This document shows positions 48,136 to 57,091 of a DNA stretch of 64,000 bases, one piece after another (position 1 is the stretch's first letter; the number at the start of each line of letters is the position of its first letter). Below the pieces are notes generated by a model that worked only from the letters and a program-made list of their open reading frames with translations, made no database searches and was not told the origin of the DNA. The stretch is from Candidatus Parcubacteria bacterium (GTDB taxonomy: Bacteria; Patescibacteriota; Patescibacteriia; CAIXNZ01). The stretch is from the NCBI GenBank assembly GCA_026395685.1, contig JAPLYG010000008.1, positions 15,225 to 79,224 on the forward strand, read 5' to 3'. Both the position numbers and the translations under genes were made by a program.

Positions 48136-49377
48136 TTACCTCTTTTTGCGTAATATCGTCATTACGGGGACTTCTTTACTCAATTGTATCAAAATTGCCT
48201 TATCTTGTCCTCCATGGACTTCCTTAACAAACTTCTTCTCGTCTAAATCAAATATTTCAGGGATTTTAAATTTAAAATTTTCACCCTTAGGAACTATGGC
48301 CTCAACCTCATCTCCCTGCCGTATTACATTATGCACTTTAATTACCACTTTAGGACTTTCGACTTTAGACTTTAGACTTTTTATGATTTCACCGCAGAAT
48401 TCCACATCAGGCCGCACATACGGCGCATCATATTTCTGCATTTTAAACTTTTCCGTCCCAAAATAAAAACCTGTCGTAAATTCCCTGTTAGAAATTTTAT
48501 TCAACTCCTGAAATAACCTATTAATCATTACCTTTCGTATTTTCGTACTTTTTCGTACTTTCGTAAGATCAATACCCTGTCTATACACCTTCACCACATT
48601 CGCTAAGTACGAAATGCTCTTGGTCCTGCCCTCAATCTTAAAATGCTTAACCCCAGCTTTAGCCAGTTCATCCAGATACTTAATCATACAGATATCCTTA
48701 GAGCTCATTATATATGTCCCATTGTTATCTTCTTCAACCGGAATAAATTTGCCGGGGCGGGTTAATTCTTCCAGATATAATTTATAAGCCCAGCGGCAGG
48801 GATGAGAGCAATCGCCTAAATTCGCACTGCGCTGGTTAAAATAGGCAGACAATAAACAGCGTCCGGAATAAGAAACACACATGGCACCGTGGACGAAAAC
48901 TTCCAATTCCAATTGCGGGACTTTCTTATGAATCTCTGCAATTTCATTAATGCTTAATTCCCGGGCCAAAATTATACGCTTAACGCCCTGCTCATACCAA
49001 AACTTTGCAGCTTGCCAATTTGTGCAATTTGCCTGGGTAGACAAATGCAAATCGATTTTTTTCAGATATTTTTTAGCCAAGGCCAGAATGCCGGGATCGG
49101 AAATTATTACTGCATCAGGCTTTATTTTTGCCAATAACTGCAATTGTTTTTCAACTTTGGGCAAATGATAATTATGGGCATAAATATTAACCGTAACATA
49201 TACTTTTTTACTGCGCTGATGTGCATATTTTATTGCTTCTTCTAATTTTTTCGGGGTATAATCATTGACTCTGGCGCGTAAACTTAAATCAGGCAAACCC
49301 AGATAAACTGAATCTGCCCCGTATTCCAAGGCGTATTTCATTTTAATAAAGTTGCCGGCTGGCGCTAGTAATTCCAT
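48136..49377 (-). CDS. Peptidase U32 family (YegQ/TrhP-like tRNA hydroxylation protein)
   Basis: MELLAPAG, YGADSVY, HLSTQAN, LARELS, FVHGAMCVSYSGRC, CSHPCRW, KIEGRTK. Confidence 0.9.
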   Translation of the reverse strand: MELLAPAGNFIKMKYALEYGADSVYLGLPDLSLRARVNDYTPKKLEEAIKYAHQRSKKVYVTVNIYAHNYHLPKVEKQLQLLAKIKPDAVIISDPGILALAKKYLKKIDLHLSTQANCTNWQAAKFWYEQGVKRIILARELSINEIAEIHKKVPQLELEVFVHGAMCVSYSGRCLLSAYFNQRSANLGDCSHPCRWAYKLYLEELTRPGKFIPVEEDNNGTYIMSSKDICMIKYLDELAKAGVKHFKIEGRTKSISYLANVVKVYRQGIDLTKVRKSTKIRKVMINRLFQELNKISNREFTTGFYFGTEKFKMQKYDAPYVRPDVEFCGEIIKSLKSKVESPKVVIKVHNVIRQGDEVEAIVPKGENFKFKIPEIFDLDEKKFVKEVHGGQDKAILIQLSKEVPVMTILRKKR

Positions 49378-49464
49378 TTGGATATATTTAGTGTCTTGAC
49401 ATTTTTTGCTATTTACAGTACTATACTTTTGTCCCCTTACAATATGATATTTGGAGGTTTTTAC

Positions 49465-49956
49465 ATGAAAACCAGGAAAAAAAGGTCGATGAAAGCAAAG
49501 ACAATTATCTTAGTCGGTATCTATGTTCATCCGGTCAAAGGACTTTTAATGATCCAGTCTCCCAGCGGTAACTTACTATTGCCCGGAGGGAAAATCAATC
49601 ATTCGATGCGTCCCCGCATGAGCCAGATCCAGAAAAGACGTGAAAATTTGAAGCTCCAGCAGACTACTTTTGAAAAAAGCGGGTTTATGCTTGATCCTGC
49701 TCCGCCTATAGTTCTTTATCCTATCAAGGGCATGCTTTATAAATGTTTCAGATTAATACAGAGTACTACCTTAAATTTGTGCTGGGCAATAAATCCCAAT
49801 TATAAAGCTATTTATCTGCAGCCTGATTTGGAGATGATTAATAATATGCCTGAAATTCCTGATGAAGATAAAAAAATTATCAATGATTTTTTGGGAAAAG
49901 GATCTGTCAAAAGCGCTGATTACGCCCAATCTGTCTGCAATATTGTTTCCTTATAA
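49465..49956 (+). CDS. Hypothetical protein, weak NUDIX-like PGG motif
   Basis: Start revised to ATG 49465 (SD GGAGG); TTGACA(49396)-17-TACTAT; terminator at about 49965-49992; LLLPGGKI. Confidence 0.55.
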   Translation: MKTRKKRSMKAKTIILVGIYVHPVKGLLMIQSPSGNLLLPGGKINHSMRPRMSQIQKRRENLKLQQTTFEKSGFMLDPAPPIVLYPIKGMLYKCFRLIQSTTLNLCWAINPNYKAIYLQPDLEMINNMPEIPDEDKKIINDFLGKGSVKSADYAQSVCNIVSL

Positions 49957-49990
49957 GAAATTACGCGTCCCGTATAGCGGGACGCTTTTT

Positions 49991-51454
49991 TTATTTTAAT
50001 AATTTCAAAATTAAATTTACGCCAAAACCGCTGGAACCATGATTAAGCCATGATTTACTGCCATCTGACCAAGCTACACCGGCAATATCAAGATGACTCC
50101 AGGGATAATTAACAAATTCTTTCAAAAAAGCCGCGCCCGTAATGGCTCCGCCATATCTCGTAGTGGCAATATTTCTCACGTCAGCAATCTTACTTTTTAT
50201 TAAATCGCTATATTCATTATCTAAAGGCATTGGCCAGACTAATTCGTCAATTTCAATTCCCGCTTTATCAATCTGATTTATCAAAGCTTGATTATTGCCA
50301 AAAAGTCCGGCTCTCAAAGTACCCAAAGCCACCAAGCAAGCGCCAGTTAAAGTTGCTAAATCTATTACGAATTCCGGCTTATACTTTTGAGCATAGCTTA
50401 AAGCATCAGCCAAAATTATACGGCCCTCGGCATCAGTATTTAATACTTCAATAGTTTTATGGTTTGCCGCCAATAATATATCACCTGGCTTATAGGCTTT
50501 GCCTGAAGGCATATTTTCGCAGGCAGGTATCAAACCAATTACGTTAACTTTTAGACCCAACTCACAAATAGCTTTAAACGCGCCCAAAACTGAGCCGCCT
50601 CCCGCCATGTCCATTTTCATCTCATCCATATTATCACCGGGCTTAAGAGAAATTCCGCCTGAATCAAAAGTAATAGTTTTTCCGACAAAAACTTTGGGCT
50701 TAGCGCCTTTTTTTCCGTTCAAATATTCTAAAATAATAAACTGCGGTTTATGCTGAGAACCGGCTGATACTCCCAAAAGTCCGCCCATCCCCTGTTTAAT
50801 CATTTCAGTTTGAGATAAGATTTTAACTTCCAGATTTTTATGTTTCTTCGCCAAATCAGCTGCTTCATCCGCAAAATATTGCGGAGTAATCTTATTAGAC
50901 GGATGATTAACTAAATCTCGGGTATAATTGATTGCCTGTCCGATAACTTCCATTTCAGCTATAACTTTTTTCAATTTATCAGAAGCCGGGAGATTTATAA
51001 AATTTATTTCTTTAATAAAAGAGGCTTCCTTGCCTTTACTTTGGTAGGCAATAAATTTATAATTGGCCAGATTAAAATATTTAACCAGCATGGCCATTAT
51101 TTGCTCCCTATTTTTATATTTGCTGGCAGCGCCTTCCGGCCAATCCAGGTCAATTTGAGTAATTTTTTTCTTTTCCAAAGATTTTACCAAATTACCGATG
51201 GCCTTACCCAAAGTATGCTGAGTAAAATTTTCCTTTTCCCCCAAGCCAACCAGAATCAAGCGTTCTAACTTTTTACCGTCCATTAAAGGATAGCTAAAGA
51301 CTTCGCCTGCGCCTGCTTCAAATTCCTTATTGCTGATAATTTGCTTTAGAATTTTATCATGATCGGGGGAATTGAATTTCATTTCTTTCTCAAATGCAAA
51401 ATAGACAGTGTTGGAACTGATTTTTTGTTTATTGATGGTAAATTTAATAATCAT
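49991..51454 (-). CDS. pepA: Leucyl aminopeptidase (M17)
   Basis: VGKTITFDSGG, MKMDMAG, NTDAEGRIILADAL, DLATLTGA, HLDIAG. Confidence 0.95.
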   Translation of the reverse strand: MIIKFTINKQKISSNTVYFAFEKEMKFNSPDHDKILKQIISNKEFEAGAGEVFSYPLMDGKKLERLILVGLGEKENFTQHTLGKAIGNLVKSLEKKKITQIDLDWPEGAASKYKNREQIMAMLVKYFNLANYKFIAYQSKGKEASFIKEINFINLPASDKLKKVIAEMEVIGQAINYTRDLVNHPSNKITPQYFADEAADLAKKHKNLEVKILSQTEMIKQGMGGLLGVSAGSQHKPQFIILEYLNGKKGAKPKVFVGKTITFDSGGISLKPGDNMDEMKMDMAGGGSVLGAFKAICELGLKVNVIGLIPACENMPSGKAYKPGDILLAANHKTIEVLNTDAEGRIILADALSYAQKYKPEFVIDLATLTGACLVALGTLRAGLFGNNQALINQIDKAGIEIDELVWPMPLDNEYSDLIKSKIADVRNIATTRYGGAITGAAFLKEFVNYPWSHLDIAGVAWSDGSKSWLNHGSSGFGVNLILKLLK

Positions 51455-51467
51455 AATGATATTTCTT

Positions 51468-51541
51468 AACCACAGATCAGACTCACAGATAACACAGATA
51501 TTATGGGCAATCAGTGTAATCAGTGAATAAAATCAGTGGTT
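51468..51541. repeat. CACAGAT x3 / ATCAGTG x3 inverted repeat tract
   Basis: AACCACAGAT..CACAGAT..CACAGAT...ATCAGTG..ATCAGTG..ATCAGTGGTT. Confidence 0.7.
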
Positions 51542-51549
51542 CCGTTCTT

Positions 51550-54474
51550 CTACTTAATTATACTTATATTTATCTTCTGCCCGTTTATTTCCAATTCAAC
51601 CGTCCCCTTCCCTGCGCTCAATTTTTTCGTCAAAGTCGCGGTTTTAATTTCCTCACCAAATTTTGCCAAAGTATCTTTTAATTCATTTGATTCAGTTTCA
51701 TAAGCTACTTCAACCATATCGCCGATGGACAATCCCATTTCTTTTCTTTGGCTATTAATCTGACGAATCAATTCCCGGGCATTACCCTCCAGCTTTAAAT
51801 CTTCAGTCATGGTAATATCCAGGCAAACTTTGTAATTTTCATCAGCGCCAACTTTCAAATTATCGCCAGCCGGTAATTTATCAGTCACCACAATTTCTTT
51901 AACATTGACTTCATCTTTGATCAGATAGAATAATTCTTCGGGTAAAGACTTTTTAGTAATATATAATTTATCCAATGGCTGGCGCACTTTGAATCCGCTA
52001 GCTGCCCTGACTGACAAGGCTTGCTCGATAATCTTCCGGGCCACATCCATCTGTTCAATTAGCTTAGTATCAATCAAATCAGCGGAAACTTCAGGCCAGT
52101 CTTCCAGGTGAATACTCTCTTTAGGCGCACCTAATTTGCCGTATAATTCTTCGGAGATAAAAGGCAAGAAAGGAGCCGCTATTTTGCATAAATCAATTAA
52201 GACATAATTAAAGGTGGCCAAAGCTTGCTTTTTATCTTCCATATTATCACCTTTAAATCTATCGCGGCTGCGGCGCACATACCAGGTTGAAAGCTCATTG
52301 ATAAAATCGCCAATCGGGCGCGCAGCGCGGGTGAGATCAAAATTATCCATTTGTTCCGTCACTTCCTTTATTAACAAGGTAAACTTAGCCACAATCCATT
52401 TATCCAGAATATTCTGCAAATCCCCGGGCTTTAATTCCCTGTTAAATTCAATACTTGGTTCGTACAAGGCAAAAAAACTATATATATTATTCAGGAGCAT
52501 GACGGTTTTCCTCATTGATTCTTCGACTAAACGATCGCTGAATCTGTAATCCTCGCCGACAGGAGAAGAAGTCAGTAAAAAGAAACGGACAGCATCAACT
52601 CCGACTTTATCAAATAAAAGTCCTGGTTCAGTATAGTTCTTCAAACGTTTTGACAATTTCTTGCCGTCTTCGGCCAGAATCAAACCATTAACAATGACAT
52701 TCTTGAATGCCGGCTTATTAAATAAAGCCGTACCCAAAACATGCAAGGTGTAAAACCAGCCGCGGGTTTGATCCAAGCCTTCGGCAATAAAGTCAGCCGG
52801 AAAACCGGATTCAAATTTTTCCTTATTTTCAAAAGGATAATGATACTGAGCATATGGCATGGAACCGGATTCAAACCAGCAGTCAAATACTTCTTCTATA
52901 CGGCTCATCTGTCCGCCGCAAGCGCATTTAAAATGAACTTCATCAATATAAGGACGATGCAAATCTTTAATTTCTTCATTTCCTAATTCCTGTCGTGAAC
53001 CCACTACTTTAATTTGATTACATTTTTCGCATTGCCAGACAGGCAATGGCGCTCCCCAGAAACGATTGCGTGACATATTCCAATCTCGAGCGCCTTCCAG
53101 CCACTTGCCGAAACGTCCTTCTTTAATATGTTCAGGCACCCAGCGAATGCCTTTATGCTTTTTCCCATTCGGATCTTTCAGTTCCTTGCTGCTGTTATTT
53201 TTTATTAAATTGTCGGAAATTTTGGTTACCGTTACATACCAGGCGTCTAAGGCGTAATAAATAAGAGGGCTGTCACAGCGCCAGCAAAAAGGATATTCAT
53301 GTTCAATCGTTTCTTCCAGCGCTGAGATCAAAATTCCCCGTTCTTTCAAATCCGCCATTATCTTTGGATCAGCCGCTTTGACAAACATACCGGCATAATC
53401 CGTTACTTCAGGCTTAAATTTGGCTTCCAAATCAATAGTCATTAATGTCGGCAAATCATTTTTTTTGCCGACCTCCATATCATCAATGCCAAAAGCCGGA
53501 GCAATATGGACAATTCCGGTACCATCTTCTGTGGATACAAAATCAGCAGAAATTACATAATATGCTTTTTGCTTTAAATTCTTAGTATAATAATCAAAAA
53601 TCGGTTCATATTCCCAACCTAGCAAATCCTTGCCCTTGAAATATTCGACAAACTCAAAAGCATCAAAATATTTTTCAATTACCTCAAGCCGCGCCTTGGC
53701 CAAGATTAAAAACTCATTATTTACTTTAACTTTCACATATTCAATTTTTGGCCCGACTGCCAAGGCTACATTTGAAGGCAAGGTCCAAGGAGTAGTTGTC
53801 CAAACCAAAAAATATGTATTTTCCTGGCCTTTAATTTTCACTTTAAAATAAATTGAAGGATCTTTGGTCTTGGCATAACCCTGATTAACTTCAAAATTTG
53901 AGAGCGGGGTACCGCAACGAGGACAATAGGGAGTAACACGATAGTCCTTGTAAACTAACCCCTTATTATATAGCTCTTTAAAAGCCCACCAGACGCTTTC
54001 AATATATTCATTATTTAAAGTCGCATATTCATTGGTATAGCTAGCCCAACGTCCAATGCGCCTGAAAGTATCTTTCCATTCATCAACACAGGTAAAAACT
54101 GAGGCACGGCAAGCGTCATTGAAAACTTTAATACTGTTATATTCATTATCCGCCAAGCCCAAAATATCCTTCTTGGATTTAAGTTTCATTTGCTTCTCAA
54201 TCATATTTTCTACGGGCAATCCATGACAATCCCAGCCAACAGTTCTTTCTACTTTGTAGCCACGCATGGTCCAATAGCGGGTAACAGTATCCTTTAAAGT
54301 TGAAGCTAAAACATGGCCATAATGCGGGGAGCCAGAAGCAAAAGGCGGGCCGTCATAAAAACTAAAAACCGGCGCACCTTCGCGCTGTTTAACTGATTTT
54401 TCAAAAATTTTATTATCTTCCCAAAACTTGATGACTTTTTCTTCATTTTGGGCGATTTGACTCTTATTTTCCAT
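51550..54474 (-). CDS. ileS: Isoleucine-tRNA ligase, type 2 (eukaryote-like)
   Basis: FYDGPPFASGSPHYGH, GWDCHGLP, WTTTPWTLPSN, SRNRFWGAP, EGLDQTRGWF, KLSKR. Confidence 0.96.
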   Translation of the reverse strand: MENKSQIAQNEEKVIKFWEDNKIFEKSVKQREGAPVFSFYDGPPFASGSPHYGHVLASTLKDTVTRYWTMRGYKVERTVGWDCHGLPVENMIEKQMKLKSKKDILGLADNEYNSIKVFNDACRASVFTCVDEWKDTFRRIGRWASYTNEYATLNNEYIESVWWAFKELYNKGLVYKDYRVTPYCPRCGTPLSNFEVNQGYAKTKDPSIYFKVKIKGQENTYFLVWTTTPWTLPSNVALAVGPKIEYVKVKVNNEFLILAKARLEVIEKYFDAFEFVEYFKGKDLLGWEYEPIFDYYTKNLKQKAYYVISADFVSTEDGTGIVHIAPAFGIDDMEVGKKNDLPTLMTIDLEAKFKPEVTDYAGMFVKAADPKIMADLKERGILISALEETIEHEYPFCWRCDSPLIYYALDAWYVTVTKISDNLIKNNSSKELKDPNGKKHKGIRWVPEHIKEGRFGKWLEGARDWNMSRNRFWGAPLPVWQCEKCNQIKVVGSRQELGNEEIKDLHRPYIDEVHFKCACGGQMSRIEEVFDCWFESGSMPYAQYHYPFENKEKFESGFPADFIAEGLDQTRGWFYTLHVLGTALFNKPAFKNVIVNGLILAEDGKKLSKRLKNYTEPGLLFDKVGVDAVRFFLLTSSPVGEDYRFSDRLVEESMRKTVMLLNNIYSFFALYEPSIEFNRELKPGDLQNILDKWIVAKFTLLIKEVTEQMDNFDLTRAARPIGDFINELSTWYVRRSRDRFKGDNMEDKKQALATFNYVLIDLCKIAAPFLPFISEELYGKLGAPKESIHLEDWPEVSADLIDTKLIEQMDVARKIIEQALSVRAASGFKVRQPLDKLYITKKSLPEELFYLIKDEVNVKEIVVTDKLPAGDNLKVGADENYKVCLDITMTEDLKLEGNARELIRQINSQRKEMGLSIGDMVEVAYETESNELKDTLAKFGEEIKTATLTKKLSAGKGTVELEINGQKINISIIK

Positions 54475-54733
54475 AACTATTAAATATTATTAAATAAATA
54501 TTCAAATCTCTAATGCCTAATGCCAAATACCTAATACCCTTAATAACCTTATTTTAGCGAAAAACCACCTTTTTGTCAAAAATATAAATTACTCTAAATC
54601 TACTAGTTTATTTCATCAAATTGAATATTATTTTAACAAATAGTTCCTATTGACAAAATATTAATATTTTGCTAACTTTAAATAGAATCAAAGTTGTCAT
54701 TATTTTTTACATCACAAAAAAAAGGAGAGTGTC

Positions 54734-55120
54734 ATGGGAGGAGAGGATACTAAGAATTGGGACCTGAATAAAAATGCTTTAGTACGTCTGGGAGTCATTG
54801 CGGTTTTATTATGTTTGATGTTATTCCTTGGCTTTATTGCCGGATCTAACGCCTCAAAAGGAAAAGCAGGAACTTTGAAAGCCGGGGAATATCATGCTTA
54901 CAGCGTGCAAAAAGCTTTCACCCCGCAGGGGAACCCGATTTATTGGATCCTTGCTGAAGAGACAAAAGATGTGAATTTGTGTCCTAATGGAGCAGTTCCA
55001 GTTATTCAATCGGGAACACTGAAATTTTACGAAGTTCCTCGCGAACGTGTAACAAATCTTGAGTACGACAGCAACCCAGATCCAAAATTCAATTACCAGG
55101 GAGAAATCATCATAAAGTAA
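54734..55120 (+). CDS. Small single-pass membrane protein (paralog of 56504-56953)
   Basis: TTGACA(54650) promoter, SD AAGGAG, terminator about 55135-55165; KAGEYHA, YW, FYEVPR. Confidence 0.7.
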   Translation: MGGEDTKNWDLNKNALVRLGVIAVLLCLMLFLGFIAGSNASKGKAGTLKAGEYHAYSVQKAFTPQGNPIYWILAEETKDVNLCPNGAVPVIQSGTLKFYEVPRERVTNLEYDSNPDPKFNYQGEIIIK

Positions 55121-55344
55121 TCCCCACCCCATCCAAAACCGCGTGCTGCTAGCCGCGGTTTTTTCTTTAAAATAACCATATTACTCAAATTCCCCCATTT
55201 TTGCTATACTTAATTTAATAAGGACGAAGTTTAAAGTATGAAGTACGAAGCCAAAAATTTCAAACTTCATACTTTCCCGCGTAGCGGGAAGCCGCTCCGC
55301 GGATCATTCTTCGTACTTATAATTAAATAATTAATTCTCAATCT

Positions 55345-56310
55345 ATGGAAAACAATCAGATTGCCAAGCGCGGCTTGAGTTTAGTTAAAAAAATTATTAT
55401 TGCAGTAGTTATCGCAATTATCGTAATTATTGCCTTGTTTATCTTTGTTGTTTCATATTTTAGCAAAGACTTAGCTAGCCCGGATTATTCCAGCCAAAGT
55501 ATGGGGTTTGCCAGTGATTCATTCAGCGACTCAATATCATTATCTTCGGGTCAAAAAATGGCAAGGGAAGAAACTGCCACCCCGCCGTCAGCCGGCACCA
55601 CCTCTGCGCCAATTGACCAAAAAATAATAAAAACAGGCAGTCTAAATATTATGGTTGCTGAAGTGGAGCAGACAGTCAGTAAAATAACCAATGAAACTTC
55701 AGCCATGTCAGGTTTTGTACAAAATTCTAATATCAGCGAGACTACAACCGGTCAAAAATACGCCAATCTTGTAGTGCGTGTTCCTGCTGCCAATTTTGAC
55801 AAAATGATAACTAAAATTAAATCTTTTGCCCAGCTGGTTGAGCGCGAAGACATCAATGGACAGGAAGTAACCCAGCAATATGTTGATTTACAATCCTCGC
55901 TGACTCACAATCTGGCAGTTGAAGCTCAGTATCTGGAACTTTTAAAACGCGCTCAAAAAGTTGAAGAAATTATTGCCGTACGCGAAAAGCTGGATCAGGT
56001 TCAGGCGGAAATCGAGAATCTCAAGGGCAGAATTAGATATTTGGACAATCAGACTGAAATGTCCACCATTAGCATCAATATTTCCAGCGAAGCCAAAGTA
56101 ACTTTGCCGGCTGAGAAATGGCAGCCCTGGGAAATAGTTAAACAATCTGCGCAAAGACTGATTGTCGGCCTGCAAAATTTCATTAACTTTATTATTGTTC
56201 TAATCTTTACTTTAATTGCGCTCCTACCTTACCTGCTGCTAATTTATGTTATTTATTTACTGGTCAAAATGATTTACAAAAAGTTTAAAAAGCCAAAGCA
56301 ACTAAAATAA
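55345..56310 (+). CDS. DUF4349 domain protein
   Basis: KIIKTGSL, VRVPA, EVTQQYVDL, EIENLKGRIRYLDNQ..MSTI, N- and C-terminal TMs. Confidence 0.85.
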   Translation: MENNQIAKRGLSLVKKIIIAVVIAIIVIIALFIFVVSYFSKDLASPDYSSQSMGFASDSFSDSISLSSGQKMAREETATPPSAGTTSAPIDQKIIKTGSLNIMVAEVEQTVSKITNETSAMSGFVQNSNISETTTGQKYANLVVRVPAANFDKMITKIKSFAQLVEREDINGQEVTQQYVDLQSSLTHNLAVEAQYLELLKRAQKVEEIIAVREKLDQVQAEIENLKGRIRYLDNQTEMSTISINISSEAKVTLPAEKWQPWEIVKQSAQRLIVGLQNFINFIIVLIFTLIALLPYLLLIYVIYLLVKMIYKKFKKPKQLK

Positions 56311-56503
56311 CAGCCTATCAAAACGCCCCTTTAATCGGGGCGTTTTTAGTATTGACCTAATAGAAATAATCTGCTATAATAATATATTAGAACTTAAGGT
56401 TAATTAATGTCTATTTATGAGGTAATTTTTTAATATAGGCAATGGTAGGCAAAGTATTCTTTGATAAAACTTACACAGCAATTATTTAAAAGGAGATGGC
56501 AGG

Positions 56504-56953
56504 ATGGAAAAAGAAAAAATTAACCACGGTAGAATGGAAGAGGAAAAAGATAACCATTGGAGGAATGAATTTACAGTGTTTATTGCATTAGTCATTGCCA
56601 GCTTATCCTTTGGAGCCGGAGCATGGTATGGAAACAATGTCGGCAATGGTCAACCAATATACAATGTAAAGGCGGGTGAATATCATGCTTTCTTAACTCA
56701 TAAAGCATTCAACCCTTACACCGGAGAACCTGTTTATTGGGTTATTGGCACTGAACTTAAACTAAAACTGATTCCTATAGGGAATACTACTGTTAATGCG
56801 GAGGTGATTCAAGAAACTATTCAATTTTACCAAATCCCACGCAGCAGGGTCACTAACCTGCCCCATGACGATCTTCTTAACGACATCTATGATCAGCAAA
56901 CCGGAGGATTAATTTCAAAATTTGATTACGAAGGGAAAATCACTGTAAAGTAG
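56504..56953 (+). CDS. Small single-pass membrane protein (paralog of 54734-55120)
   Basis: TTGACC(56352)-17-TATAAT, SD AAGGAG; KAGEYHA, YW, FYQIPR, FDYEG. Confidence 0.7.
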   Translation: MEKEKINHGRMEEEKDNHWRNEFTVFIALVIASLSFGAGAWYGNNVGNGQPIYNVKAGEYHAFLTHKAFNPYTGEPVYWVIGTELKLKLIPIGNTTVNAEVIQETIQFYQIPRSRVTNLPHDDLLNDIYDQQTGGLISKFDYEGKITVK

Positions 56954-57038
56954 TACTCTGTTTCCCACGACCGCGGGTCCATCCGCGGTCTTTTTTTATC
57001 GGGGAATAAAAAGCCCAGACAAATTCAATAAAATGTTT

Positions 57039-57071
57039 AAAAAAACACTCCGTTTAAACGGAGTGTTTTTT
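57039..57071. terminator. Palindromic bidirectional terminator
   Basis: AAAAAACACTCCGTTTAAACGGAGTGTTTTTT. Confidence 0.75.
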
Positions 57072-57091
57072 ATTCTATATTATTTTAACAT

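Noticed and set aside
53148-53200. Apparent short insertion in IleS (SKELKDPNGKKHKG) and HYGH/KLSKR variant motifs
   Set aside because: No repeat structure; such motif variants are within the range expected for type-2 IleRS.
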